A DNA stretch of 63,675 nt, the filler included, from Chrysochromulina tobinii (lineage: Eukaryota), in NCBI GenBank assembly GCA_001275005.1. It is 7 parts of 7 records of this genome, joined end to end, with 100 filler letters (N's around TTAATTAATTAA, not from the genome) between each part and the next. Parts side by side here need not be neighbours in the genome. Positions count along the whole stretch, not along the records: positions 18,032 to 28,652 come from JWZX01000704.1; positions 28,753 to 35,465 come from JWZX01000706.1; 5 more parts are not named here. One strand, given 5' to 3'. Under the pieces are notes generated by a model. That model was not told the DNA's origin. It saw only the letters and a program-made list of their open reading frames with translations, and did no database searches. Positions 21,001-33,077 of this stretch are shown in pieces. How positions within the stretch are numbered: the first letter of the stretch is position 1; every line of letters begins with the position of its first letter. A program made the translations under genes and the position numbers.

Positions 21001-24000
21001 CTCGCTGCCCGAGCTGCCGAGCCGCGTCCTCGACGCGCTCACGGCCCTTCTCGATGCGGTGGGCACCGTCGCCGCCGGCAGCGTCCCGCACGGCGATGCC
21101 GCGGCCGCGGAGGCCGCATCCGAATCGATGCGCTGCGCTGTCGGCGAAGACCTCTTCGAGTCTCTCGTGCACCTCTGCTACACGTGCGAGTCGCCGTGCC
21201 GCTCGGCGGTGCTCAAGGCACTCCAGCTCATGTGCGAGACGCTGCCCGCGCACTGGGTGCTTTCGCACGAGATGGCGCTCTCGGCGGCGCTCCTGCACCT
21301 GTGCGAAGACCTCGCACGCCCAGACGATGCGGCCGCGAGCTCCGCGCTCCTCGTGGTCGCGATGAAGCGCTGCCACGGCGCTGACGCTCCCGCGACGCTC
21401 GCGGCCGAGTCGCCCGCCGTCTCGAAGCGCGTGGTCGCGGTGCTGGCATCCGGCCTCTCTGCGTGCTCGGGCGGCACACGGGAGGCGGCCAAGATGGCAC
21501 TGCGCACACTCGCGGGGCTGCTCGACGTCAAGGTGGGGGAGCTCCTTGCGCCTCTGCGTGACTCGCACCTGGCGCCGCTGCTCGCGCGCAAGCTGCGGGC
21601 GCTCGCGCTGCCCACACAGGTGGCCGTGACCGAGGCGGTCTCCTTCTGCCTCAAGGAGTCATCTCACGGCGAGGGCGCCGCCGAGCTGCTGCCCCTCGGG
21701 CCGCCGCTGCTCTCGTTTCTCACGGACGCGCTTCTCTCGGCCGAAGGCGAGGAGACGGGCCGTGACCAGCCGAGATTGCTCGGTCCCTACGCGCGCGGCA
21801 TCTCGCTCGACGTACGCGGCCGCCCTCGCAGCTCCCTCGCAGCTCCCTACCTTGCCCCCCCCCAACTCCCTACCTTTTCCGCGTGGCAAGGGACGATTTC
21901 CTTAGTCTCGTTCGTCGTAGCAGCCAACAACTGCTCTGACGATCACCTTAACTACTGCTGATGCCATCGCCCAACGGCCATGCTATGCTCGCTGCTGCGC
22001 CGCCGCCGCCGCTTCCCCTCTGCCGTCCCCAGCCGTGCCCCCAGCTGGCTGGCCGCCCACCTTTCTGTGAAGATAACACCACACTGGATCATTCAATCTC
22101 ATTGCGGCCGCAACCGAAAGGTTTACTGGCCGACCACCGTGGGGCCTACCGAGAAAGACGCTGCAGCTGATTCCCTCTGCGCTGCTGCCTCTGCGCCGAC
22201 CCTCTCTCTCCCTTTCTGTGAAGATAACACCACACTGGATCATTCAATCTCATTGCGGCCGCAACCGAAAGGTTTACTGGCCGACCACCGTGGGGCCTAC
22301 CGAGAAAGACGCTGCAGCTGATTCCCTCTGCGCTGCTGCCTCTGCGCCGACCCTCTCTCTTTCTCTCCCCTCTCTCCTCTCTTTCCCTGACGCGTCCCAT
22401 GCGCTCTCCGCCCACCCCAACGCGTCCGCAGGTGCGCCTGCGCGTCGTCTCCATCGAGCTGCTGTGCGCAGCGATGTCCTCCGAAGCGCTCAAGGCGCCT
22501 CCGCACAATGAGCTTCGCGGGCGCATGATTGCATGCTTCTTCAAGTCTCTCACGGTGCGCTCGGACGATGTGGTCGCGGTGGCGCGCAACGCGCTCGCGT
22601 ACCTCATCGACGATATGAAGGAGAAGCTCCAGAAGGAGCTGCTGCAGTCGTCCCTCCGTCCCATTCTGCTCAACCTCGCCGACTACCGCAAGCTGTCGGT
22701 GCCATTGCTTCAGGGCCTCTCGCGCCTACTCTCGCTGCTGTCCAACTTTTTCAACCTGACGCTCGGGGAGAAGCTGCTCGAGCACCTGCGCCGCTGGACC
22801 GACCCCGAGACAGTCAACAAAGCAAAGGCCTTCAAACCGGGCGACGAGATCAAGATCCCGTGCGCCATCCTGGCGCTCTTCCACCTGTTACCGCCCGCTC
22901 CGGGCAAGTTGCTCGACCAGCTGGTCACTGTGACAATGGACCTCGATGCCGGGCTGCCCGGCTCGGCCCATGGCGGTCGCTTCTGGTCGCAGTACCGTGA
23001 GGCGCTCCTGCCGTACATGAATCGACACGCGCCCGAGGCGGTCGCGTACTTCCTCGACCGATTGCAAGAGACGCGCTTCTTCCGCATGCTCCTCTCGTAC
23101 GTCAAATGTCCTGAGGCCGAGCCGGTGCGCAGGGAGCTCGCCAACCACGCGACGAAGCTCCTCATCTTCTCCTTCGAACCCCAGCACGCGGCCGTTGCCG
23201 CGGAGGCCGCGCGCCAAGCCGCGGCCGCCGCGGCGGCGGCGGCGGGCGCTCCGCCGCCGCCCGCGCCGCCCCCTCAAGCCCCGATCACCCCGGCCAAGGC
23301 GGCGGAGCTGCGCGTGCAGGGCATCGTGCTGGTGCACGCGCTGGTCAAGCGCGTACCCTCCTGGCTGCCCTCGCAGCCGGCGGTGCTCACCAAGCTGATC
23401 GAGCTGTGGCAGAGCGCCGAGCGCAAGCAGCGGCTTGGGCAGGAGGAGCACACGCCCCTCGACCAGCTCGGCGAGTCGAAGCTGCTTGTCAAGTGCTTCA
23501 TGGCGTACTGCCGCTTCCACACTCAGAGCGGCAAGGGGCTGGGCGACCGGCAGGTGGAGCTTCTCTTCCTGATGCTCCCCATATTCTCGGAGCATTCGCT
23601 CGTCAACTATGGCTTCCTCAAAGCGTTTTACCTCGAGGAGGTGGCCGTCACGTACGAGCCCAAGCACAAGGCGGCCATCGTGCGCCACTTTCTGACCCTC
23701 TTCTCGAAGCCCACGTGCCCGACCGAGGACAACGTGCACGCGCTGCAGCTGCTCGTGTTGCCGCTGCTCACTGAGGCGTTCAAACGCGGCGAGGCGGGCG
23801 AGATGCTCGCGACCGACATCATCAACGCTGTGATCACGTCGCTCCTCGGCGGCGAGCATCTGCCCAATTACGACGAGGCGCTGCGCATCGAGCTGCTCAA
23901 GCTCGCCACGCTGCTCATCGAGCACGCGTCCGATCACCTCGTCGAGCACCGCAAGGAGCTCATCAAGTTTGCCTGGAACCATCTGAAGAGCGACGACACG

Positions 24001-27000
24001 CAGTCGAAGCAGTGCGCGTACGTCAACGTGTGCCGCTTCATTCAAGTGTACGACACGCCGCCCAAGATCATTCTGCAGGTGTACGTGGCGCTGCTGCGCA
24101 CCTTCCAGCCGGACGCGCGCACCCTCGTCAAGCAGGCGCTCGACATCCTCACGCCCGCGCTGCCCAAGCGGCTGCCCGCGGGCGACCACAAGTACCCGAC
24201 TTGGATCAAGTGGACCAAGAAGATCATCGTCGAGGAGGGACACTCGCTTCCACAACTCATCCACATCTTGCAACTCGTTGTGCGCCATCCCGCCCTCTTT
24301 TACTCCAGCTCTGCGCAGTTCGTGCCGCAGATGGTCAACTCCCTCAACCGGATCGGGCTCTCGCCCAACTGCTCCGTTGAGAACCGGCGGCTCGCCGTCG
24401 AGCTCGCGGCGCTCATCATCGCATGGGAGCACCAGCGCTGCTCGAACATCAAGCAGCCGCTGCCGGGGGCCGGCGCGCCCGACGCGGCAGCGGCACCAGC
24501 GGCTTCTGCGCCGCCTGCCGCGGCACCGGCGGCCGCTGCACCGCCCGCCGCTGCAGGCACGCCGCCGCCGGCCAATGCCGTGGTGCCCGCCGCAGCGCCG
24601 GCTGCAGCGACGATGCCGGTGGACGAAGAGTTCAAACCGTCGCCGGCCATCATCGAGGTGCTCATTAACTTCCTGATCCGCGTGGCACTGATCGCGGCCG
24701 ATGGCAAGGACCCCGCTTCCCACACGCTCTCGGAGCAGTGCATCGGTCTCCTCGACGCAGGGCTCGCGGTCTGGCAGGATGCCAACATCAAGCTCGCCCA
24801 CTTTGAGAAGCAGATCAGCTCGGCGCAGGATCAGCTCTCGGCGCTGCTGACTGGCATCAGCGTGCTGCGCATCATCCTTCTCAAGCAGCCCTCCTTCTTC
24901 CTGCACTCACTCGGCGCGCTGCAGACGTTGCTCCGGCCCGCTTTCGAGACCCACATCAACGATCCGCGCATGGTCGCTGCCCTTTCGGCCTTCATCACCA
25001 TTGCTGTGCCCGCGCTCGACACCGCTGCTACCGTCTTCGCTTCGCAGGGCAACATCGCAGCGCTGCGTCGGTCGGCTGGAAGCACCGTACCGCCCAAGGC
25101 TGACCTCGAGGCCGCTTTCAAGCGCCTGCTTGGCGCCGCCGACGTGACGACGGGCCTACTCAGCTGGCATGAGGTGGCACAGGCGTGCCGTCATGACGAG
25201 ACTCTGCGAGGGCTGCTCGGCCTCCCGAAGCAGCTCTCCTCGGCGCCGAAGACGGACGAGCCGAGCGTCGCGGGCGTCAAGCGCAGCGCCGACGGCAGCG
25301 CCGCCCCCACGCCCGAAGATCCGGCCGCCAAGCGAATCAAATTGGAGACCGGTGAGGTCGCACCGGGCGCTCCCGCGTCGGGCGCTGCACCGGGCGCTCG
25401 GGCACCGGCGGCCGTTGACGATGCGAGTGCCGAGCAGATGGCAATGCTAATCGTGAAGCTGGGGAGCGATGAGGCCAAGACGCTCAGCCTCGCCGACTTT
25501 TGCCGCCTCTTCGGTCCGCTGCTGCCGACCCCCGCCCTGCCCCCGGCTGCCACTGCAGGCGCGCCCACCCCACCCGTCGCGGACGTGCAGACGTTTGTGC
25601 GCTGGGTGAGCGACGTAGTGGGCGCAGGCCTGCGCAGCACGACCCGCGAGGTGGCACACGTGTCGGGCAACGCGCAGTTGCTCCTTGCGCTCTCCAAGAG
25701 GCGACCCGCCGTCCTAGGCGACCACCTTATGTCGCTGCGCGAGCTCATCGTACGGCTTGGCAAGGATCCGGCCATCGTGCGCGGCGGCAGCGGCCAGCCG
25801 CAGCCGGTGCAGCCGGTGCAGCCGGCGCAGCCGGCGCAGCCGGCGCAGCCGGCGCAGCCAGCGCAGCCGCAGCCGGCGGCGGCGGCCAACAACGTCGCCT
25901 CCGATGCGGACCTCGGCCTCAAGACACTTAAGTTAGGAGTTGAGTTGCTCGCGGCGTATGTGAGCATCACCCTCTCCAAGGACGAGACCGCCGACGCCGA
26001 GGCGCGCGCTCGGCTCAACGCGCCGCTGCATGCGCTCATCGACGCCAAGGCCGACCCCGAGCTGCTCGCCAAGGTGACGGCGCTCGTCACGCCCTGGCTG
26101 ACTGCACCGCTCTCGCCCACCTCGATGGACGTCAAGACTCGGGCGGCCTTCATTAGCCGGATGGCGTGCTATGAGCAGATCGCAAACGCGCCGCTGCAGG
26201 CCGCGTACCTGAACATCGTCAAGCAGATGTTCACCGACACGGCGCTCGCGCGGCGCGAGTTGCTCGACCGCATCGAGGCCGCCTTCATGTTTGGGCTGCG
26301 AGCGCGCGATGCGACGCTGCGCAACGCCTTCTTCGACATCTTCCACCGCTCGGTGGGGCGTACGGCCGGCCAGCGCATTTTCTTCCTCGTGCAGACGCAG
26401 GACGCGGAGTCGCTCGCTTCGACGGCTTGGCTACGCCATGCGCTCTCGCTGCTGCTCGCGACCTCCGACCTACGCGCGCCCTTCGGGCTGCCCGCGGCCG
26501 GGCTGCACCTGCCGCCGCTCCGGCTGCATGACCCCGGGTGCGCGAGCGCCGTGTCGGGCGGCGCGCCGAGCGCTCTCGCGAGTCTGCTCGCGCACGAGCG
26601 CGCCTTTTTGAGCGCGAGCGCGGCGCACGGCTCGACGGGCGAGCTGCTCTCGTCGATGGCCGAGCTGCTGCTCGATGACAAGGCGACGCCGCTCGTGTAC
26701 GACCTGTGGGTCAGCGTGCTGCCGCAGGTATGGCAGCAGCTTACGTCCTCTGAGCAGGAGAGCCTCGTCAAGCCGATCATCCAGCTGCTGAGCAAGGACG
26801 CGCCGCCTCGCCAGTCTGCGTCGCGCCCGAACACGGTCCAGGCATGGCTGCATGCCCTCTCGCGCTGTAAGCCGATGCCCAAGCTGCCTGCACCCATCCT
26901 CAAGTACCTCGCGCGCGCGTACGGCGCGTGGCACCTCGTGTGGCCGATGCTGCAGCACCAGGCGCTGCACTACCCGACGGAGCAGCAGTGGTACGACGCG

Positions 27001-28652
27001 CTCGGCGAGCTCGCCACGCAGCTGCACGATCGCGACCTGCACGCGGCGCTCTGGGCCAAGCGCTCGACCCACGACGAGTCGCGCCGCGCGCTTGCGCTCG
27101 AGCAGTACGGCGCGTGGCACGCGGCGCAGGCTGCGTACGTGGATTGCATGCATCGCTGGCAGAGCGGCGACGTGCAGCTGATCAACACGCCGCGGGCCGA
27201 GCTCGGGCTGTGGGAGCAGGGGCTCATCCGATGCGCCAAGAACCTCAACCAGTGGGAGCTGCTCACCGAGTTCGCCAAGTCCATGCCCAATGCGCAGCCC
27301 ACCCTGCTCATGGAGTGCTCGTGGAAGATTGGCGACTGGGAGCGTCTCAAGGACCTCTTCGCCAAGTACTCGCTGCCCGAGCAGCCACGCATCAAGATGC
27401 TCCAAACGTACGCGGCCATCCACGAGGGCAAGCTGCCCGACGCCGAGCAGCGGTGCAACGAGGGCATTCAGGCCGCGCTCCTTCAGTGGACGGCGCTCCC
27501 GTCGCTCGACGCGTCGACGCACACGCCGCTGCTCCAGATCTTCCAGCAGTTCCAGGAGCTGCAGGAGTCGGCGCAGATGCTGCTTGAGATCTCGAACGCG
27601 CAGCGCGCGCAATCGGCGCCCGACCTGTCCTCCATCCTCACCACGTGGCGCGAGCGGCTGCCGAACCGTTGGGAGGACCTGCCGGCATGGAACGACCTCG
27701 TCTCGTGGCGTAACCACATGTTCTCGCACATCAACAACGTGCTCACGCGCGTCGCCACCGACAACCCGCAGGTGAGCGCGGCCGCGATGCAGGAGCTCAT
27801 CTGGACCAACACGCGCTTCGCGCACGTGGCGCGACGCCAGTCGCTGCCCGAGGCCTGCGTCAACATCATCTCGAAGATCCAGTCGGTGCACTCGGGCATC
27901 CCCGCGGCCGACCTGAACGACGCGTTCGCCAAGCTGCGCGAGCAGGCGCGTGCGTGCCTGCAGCTGCCAAACCACACGCCGCAGGGCCTCGATCTCCTCA
28001 ATCGCACCGACATCCGTAACCTCTCGGCGGCTCAGCGCTCCGAGCTCTACCTGACCAAAGCTGAGTTGCTCCTCGCTGGGCCGGTTGGCCTTCAAAGCGA
28101 CCAGGACGGCGCCGACCTCGACGAGGTCTCGGCAGCGCTCGCCTCGTCCATTTTCATGAACCCCGCGCAGCCCAAGGCGTGGCTGCTCTGGGGCCACTGG
28201 TGCGACAAGCGCGCCAGGCGCGATGGCGGCTACGCGCCCACGCCGGCCAAGCCCAAGGCCGACGGTGCATCCGAGGGAATCAAGACCGATGAGGCGGCGG
28301 CCGCGGGCGCCTCGTGGGCGGAGCGCGCGCTCGCATGCTACATGCAGTCGGCGCTTCATCGCAGGGAGTCGTCCGCTTCGATGCTGCCACGTGCGCTCGA
28401 GCTGATGCGTGACGCGCCAGACGCGACATCCCGCGGGGCCCTTGCCAAGGTCTTTGGCGACCATTGCGACGGCGTGCCTCTGTGGGAGTGGTTACCCTGG
28501 CTGCCGCAGCTCCTGTGCCACCTGCCGAATGTGGAGGGCAAGCAGGTCCAACACGTGCTGCTGCGCGTGGCGCGCGCCTACCCGCAGGCCCTCTACTATC
28601 CGCTGCGCACCTACGTGACCGAGGGGCCGCAGACCGGCAGCGCGCCCGAGCC
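18032..28652 (+). CDS. TRRAP: TRRAP/Tra1 (PIKK-family SAGA/NuA4 scaffold), partial at both ends; intron 21812-22431
   Basis: SFKVLTECPLIVMLLFQ, AQVKTLSFL, RKDILVATRHIL, LCLTLPARLSSLLPYL, RKELIKFAW; FAT-domain WRERLPNRWEDLPAWNDLVSWR and YPQALYYPLR. A phase-0 GTACGC..GCAG intron joins the two ORFs; the frame is open to both contig edges. Confidence 0.95.
21881..21970 (+). ncRNA. Candidate intronic C/D-box snoRNA (18S guide)
   Basis: Terminal stem TGGCA/TGCCA, variant box C GGGACGA (21890), C' TGACGA (21937), box D CTGA (21958); GTCTCGTTCGT (21905-21915) is antisense to conserved 18S ACGAACGAGAC. Confidence 0.65.
22061..22157 (+). ncRNA. Candidate intronic C/D-box snoRNA, copy 1
   Basis: Stem CTTTC/GAAAG, box C-like GTGAAGA, box D-like CCGA; CACTGGATCATTCAATC is antisense to 18S GAUUGAAUGAUCCGGUG (one G:U); AACC-GAAA-GGTT tetraloop hairpin. 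Confidence 0.55.
22212..22308 (+). ncRNA. Candidate intronic C/D-box snoRNA, copy 2 (151-bp tandem duplicate)
   Basis: Identical to 22061-22157 at offset 151. Confidence 0.5.
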
Positions 28653-28752
28653 NNNNNNNNNNNNNNNNNNNNNNNNNNNNNNNNNNNNNNNNNNNNTTAA
28701 TTAATTAANNNNNNNNNNNNNNNNNNNNNNNNNNNNNNNNNNNNNNNNNNNN
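28653..28752. other. Artificial contig linker
   Basis: N-run + TTAATTAATTAA + N-run. Confidence 0.98.
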
Positions 28753-29068
28753 CGGGACCGGGAGCATAACGCTATTTGCGCTAAGTCCTGTCTCCAACGG
28801 TCCTCCATCTGCGCTTGCTCTGACTCCCAATGGTCCTAACACCCAGAACCATATGTGGTTATAGATGAGGTTTATATGTACCCGACCGGACCGTAAATCG
28901 GTACGGGACGAGTGATTGCCTGCGTCTCCTTTCCTGTCGGGAAGGTCCGCCAGTAACCATATGTGGTTATAGATTAGGCTCATATGTGTGCCCGACCAGA
29001 ACCATGAGTGGTACAGGACGGGTTGAGGCGGTCCTTCTTTTTTTACATCCATGTTTGTTCATGAATTA

Positions 29069-29720
29069 CGCGACCCTTGACGGGCGTGCGGGACTGAAGG
29101 TTGCTCCTTTCACCTTTTACGTTCACGTTCGTGCATGAACAACCGCGACCCTTGACTGGTCGCGGGACTGAAGGATACTCACACGACCCTGAGGATGAGT
29201 GGGTGATTGCGGTCCTTTCGATTATATTCACGTGAGCGCACATGAAACACCGCGTCCCTTGACGGGTCGCGGGACTGCCGCCCGCCGCTGCTGCTGCTGC
29301 TGCTGCTCTGCTCGCTGCTGTCGCTGCTCGACGGGCGCGCCCAGCGAGAGGGCGCGCTCGCGTCTCTGTTTGTCTCGTCGCCGGCGTGCGCGCCGGGCTC
29401 GACGAGATATGAGCTGCGTCATGTTTACACTCATGTCCGTACATGAGTCACCGCAACCCTTTGCGGGCCGTGGGACTGACGCTCGGCGCTGCTGTCGCTG
29501 CTGCTGTTCCGCGCGCGCATGTCGCTGCCCTTCGAGCGCGCGCCGCGAGAGCGCGCACTCGCGCCGGTCGGGGGGGATGGGAGGCTCCCGTCCGTCGCCT
29601 TGCGCCATGTGTACGTTCATGTTCGTACGTGAAGCGGGCTCCGCGGCCCGTCGGCGGGCCGTGGGACTGTCGCTCGTCGCTGCTGCTGCTGCCGTCGCTG
29701 CGCTGCTGCTGCTGTTCTGC
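29069..29720. repeat. Degenerate repeat array with a hairpin core, followed by (GCT)n tracts
   Basis: Core cgcgacccttgacgggtcgcgggactg variants start at 29069, 29144, 29251, 29452 and 29642. Confidence 0.7.
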
Positions 29721-30414
29721 GCGCTGCTAGCTGCTGCGATCGCTGCTGCGCGAGGTGGCGCGTCGTGGCTCTGCCCCTGGAGAAGAGGCGAGACATTGTC
29801 GCTGTCGGTGACGCTGCACGAAGAGATCGAGCCGAGCAAAGGCACGGCCAAACGCGCTCATGGCCTTGTGCGGCTTGCGCTCGACATGTCGAGAGCGTAG
29901 CTCCGATTTCCATGGTGAAATTCGAGCGGAGCGCTCGACCCCATCGTCACTGGTGACGGTGTTACGGGGTGCGTCGGCCTGGGCCGGCCGTCGGTGCGGA
30001 ACTCGAAAGCCGCTTTCGAGGCATATAGTCGGGCCATCGCCCGCAACAGTCTGCCCCTGTCGCTTGCTGTATTCTTCTTGTCATCAAGCGTCACGTGAGC
30101 GATCGTCGCGTGATCGTAGCCGATCCGCATCGGTCACGTGACGCTTGATAAATCTCCTGAGGGAAGGAGGTGTCGCAAGGTGCCATTGGGTTCGTCAATG
30201 GGTTCTGTGGGGAGGCGCTCGGTACTAGCGCCGCTCTGTGCACGGTGCGTTCACACTGTGTCATCGCCTAATATTACGAGGGGGATTGGGTCATCCACTT
30301 CGCCCTTCAGGCGTTGCAGCTTCACGCCACACCCGCCAATCCGTCTCCGCACAAAACGACGAGAAGTCAAGCACGTCCCCTTCCAAAAGAGCTAAGCCCA
30401 AGCGCCCGATCACT

Positions 30415-32163
30415 ATGGCGACACCGACCAAGGTCCAGAGCGGCGTGGCTTGGGACCGCCTCTCGAGCAAGGACCGCTTCGGGTTTGGCACGGGCGGAAT
30501 CTATACGGCCCCAACGACGCCCCTCTCTCCGAGCCCGCGCGGCAACAACATCCCCTCTGAGCTTACGACTGCAAAGGTGAATTGGGGCACCGTGAAGACG
30601 CCGGGCAAGACGCCGAGCAAGATCCCGGTTTCAAAGTCCCTGACGCCCACCTTCAAGTCGACCATCGACCGCTTTGCCATTCCAGACGGCATCTTTGCAG
30701 ACTCCCTCGTCGGTGGCCCCGGTGTTGGTGACTACAACCCAAAGCTGCCGGCTACCAGTGACGAGCTGCCCGGCCCGGTGCTGAAAGCGCCGAAGTATCC
30801 CGCGGGCGAACGCCTCTGCGGCCCAGGCACCATCTACGCTGCAGCCGCCTTCACGAACGCGCCGGCCCCGGGTGCTTATGATCCGACCCCGCTGAGCCGA
30901 GGCACCCTCTCCGCCTCGGGCGAGAGCGCCTCGTTCCGCGCGAACACGCCTCGCTTCGCTTGCGGCGGCATCTACAAGGAGGCCATCGGTGAACCACAGT
31001 TCCCACCGTTGCAATCGCCCGAGCCCGAAGACGGCATGCGCCTCGATACGACGACTGCCGCCTTCAAGGGACCCGCCTTCAAGGACGGCGCCGGCGACCG
31101 CTTCGATGATGGCCACGGGATCTATCAGGCGGCTGCAGCGCAGACCCCGGGCGTTGGAGCGTACGAGGCGGCGGCCGCGTTCGATAAGATGCAGCCCTTT
31201 GGCGGAAGCTTCTCAGACGGCGCCGCGTCGATCTTCCGCTCGACGACCGACCGCTTCATCGGCCGTGGCGGCGTGCATGAGGGCACACTCGCGGCGGTGC
31301 CAGGGGTAGGCTGCTACGAAACCGAGCTCGCGGCCAAGGTGCGGGGAGCGGTCAAGCTGCAGGCAGCACAGCGCCGTCGCCAGAGCCGCGGCATCTTTTC
31401 ACAGCTTCGCAAGGAGCATGCCTCAACGCCCGGTCCGATGGACTGTCAGCCGGGGCAGACGCCTCGGCAGCTCACGGCATCGAAGTTGAAGATGGCTACC
31501 GTGAGCGCCAAGACGAGCGCCGTGGGGAGCGCCAAGGAGAGCGCGCCTGCACCGTCCCTGCCGTGCGCGCCGCCGCCACCGCCCCGTGTGTGTCACTCGA
31601 GCGCCGTGGGGAGCGCCGTGGTGAGCCCCAAGGTCGCGCCCAAGGCTCCCAAGGTCGCGTCCAAGGCGGTCGGGCTGGCCGATGCGGCCCCTGTTCCGGC
31701 CTCTGCTCCTGCGACCAAGCTGCCTCGCGAGTCGGACGGCGGTTTCAAGTTTCGTCGATCTGGCTCAACCCCGTCCAAGCCGGTGCTGGCGCCCTCGCCC
31801 TCGCCCATGCGCGCGGTCACAAAGTCCCCCGGCCACAAGCCCTCTTTTTCCCAGGCGGTGAGCCTCGACTCGCTCTTCGACTGCGAGGAGGACGAGGCCA
31901 CCCTGCGGACCGCGCCCGACACGACGCTACCGACGCTCGAGCCAGCGAGCGCCGTGACGAGCGCCGACACCGCGGTGGCGCGCTTGTCAAAGGTCTCGTT
32001 TGGCGACACAGCGAGTGGCGAGTGGCTCTTTTCACAGCTCGAGCGCATTTCGGGCGAGGGCAAGGTGGCCAAGGAGGACTACTACGACGCGGCGAGCGGA
32101 TGGGACATCTCGGGCCTTCGCGAGGACATCCAGATTCACATGGACCAGTGTGGTAGTGCCTGA
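30415..32163 (+). CDS. SHIPPO/ODF3-like PG-repeat (flagellar) protein with an IQ-like motif
   Basis: Repeats GPGVGDYNP, APAPGAYDP, TPGVGAYE, VPGVGCYE with F-x-S-x-x-x-RF spacers; AVKLQAAQRRR. Confidence 0.65.
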   Translation: MATPTKVQSGVAWDRLSSKDRFGFGTGGIYTAPTTPLSPSPRGNNIPSELTTAKVNWGTVKTPGKTPSKIPVSKSLTPTFKSTIDRFAIPDGIFADSLVGGPGVGDYNPKLPATSDELPGPVLKAPKYPAGERLCGPGTIYAAAAFTNAPAPGAYDPTPLSRGTLSASGESASFRANTPRFACGGIYKEAIGEPQFPPLQSPEPEDGMRLDTTTAAFKGPAFKDGAGDRFDDGHGIYQAAAAQTPGVGAYEAAAAFDKMQPFGGSFSDGAASIFRSTTDRFIGRGGVHEGTLAAVPGVGCYETELAAKVRGAVKLQAAQRRRQSRGIFSQLRKEHASTPGPMDCQPGQTPRQLTASKLKMATVSAKTSAVGSAKESAPAPSLPCAPPPPPRVCHSSAVGSAVVSPKVAPKAPKVASKAVGLADAAPVPASAPATKLPRESDGGFKFRRSGSTPSKPVLAPSPSPMRAVTKSPGHKPSFSQAVSLDSLFDCEEDEATLRTAPDTTLPTLEPASAVTSADTAVARLSKVSFGDTASGEWLFSQLERISGEGKVAKEDYYDAASGWDISGLREDIQIHMDQCGSA

Positions 32164-33077
32164 GGGAGACTGAGGGGAGGATTCACATGGGAGGGCGGAG
32201 AGGGGAACCGTGCCGGACAGTGCGCGTGAGGCATGGGCAAGCAGTGGCACGCGAGCAGTGGCACGCGAGGTGTACACCCAGACCAGAGTCCAGAGACAGC
32301 CTGAACGTGCGACGTAGGTGCGAGAGCGGAGAAGCAGAGAAGTAGGTGACAGAGCGAGATGTGAGCGAACGGAGGAGGTACGATGACGCCGTCCGCAATT
32401 GGTTGTCGGTGGATGGGGTTCCGGGCGCGCCGGTCGCATACGCACACTCCCCGGCGCCTCCCGCGCCCCGCGATCGCCCACCCACCGCCCCCCCGCCACC
32501 CCCATCGCCCATGGGGCCACCCCCCCTGCCGCGAGGAGAAAGCGAGTTGAAGAACAAAAAGAGAAGCCACAAGTTGGGATGACGGATATTCGGTAACCAA
32601 AAGCAATGCCAATGTGCGGTCTGAGAGAGTTATCAAAATCCCAGCAGCTTGCGTCGCGTCGTGCCCACGCCTATTGCGTATTGGGCGGGGGTGTTGGCGG
32701 TGGGGTCGGTGGCGGCGGCTGCGTCAGGGAGGTTGGCGCGGGTGGTGGGTGCGGGGGTGGTGGTGGCGGCGGGGGCGGTGCTGGCGGTGGGGGCGTTGGC
32801 GGCGGTGGCGGCGGCGGGGGCGGCGTGTGTGGTGGCGGTGGCGATGGCGGGGCCTATTGGCCCACGCGGCCGCGGCCAACGGGCGCCGGGGTTGCGTCGG
32901 GGCGAGCGGTGCCTTGACGCCTCCTGGTCCCGGACACTCGACCCACGAGCGCCGCTCGACTCGGTCGCCGCGGGTGTGGGGGGCGACTGTCTGACTGGCA
33001 AAGTCTTGACTTGACTTGACTTGAACTTGATTTGCCCGCTCGAGTTCACCCTCAGAAGTTCCTCCACATCTGAGGCT

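Noticed and set aside
21944..21957. D-box guide resembles the complement of a tRNA D-loop (AGUGGUUAAGG)
   Set aside because: It needs a G:U pair at the would-be methylated position and I cannot see the organism's tRNAs; too speculative
21812..22431. TRRAP split into two ORFs, suggesting a pseudogene or two genes
   Set aside because: A canonical phase-0 GT-AG intron restores a continuous protein
22888..28464. Long antisense ORFs (672 and 664 aa) over TRRAP, and similar shadows over CCT2 and other genes
   Set aside because: Expected by-product of high GC3 codon bias; no recognisable motifs
29069..29720. Possible CRISPR array (palindromic ~30-nt repeats)
   Set aside because: Spacing is irregular (75-201 bp), repeats are degenerate, spacers resemble each other, no cas genes, eukaryotic context
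32640..32900. Poly-Pro reading frame on the minus strand
   Set aside because: Short low-complexity tract without a supportable start or splice structure
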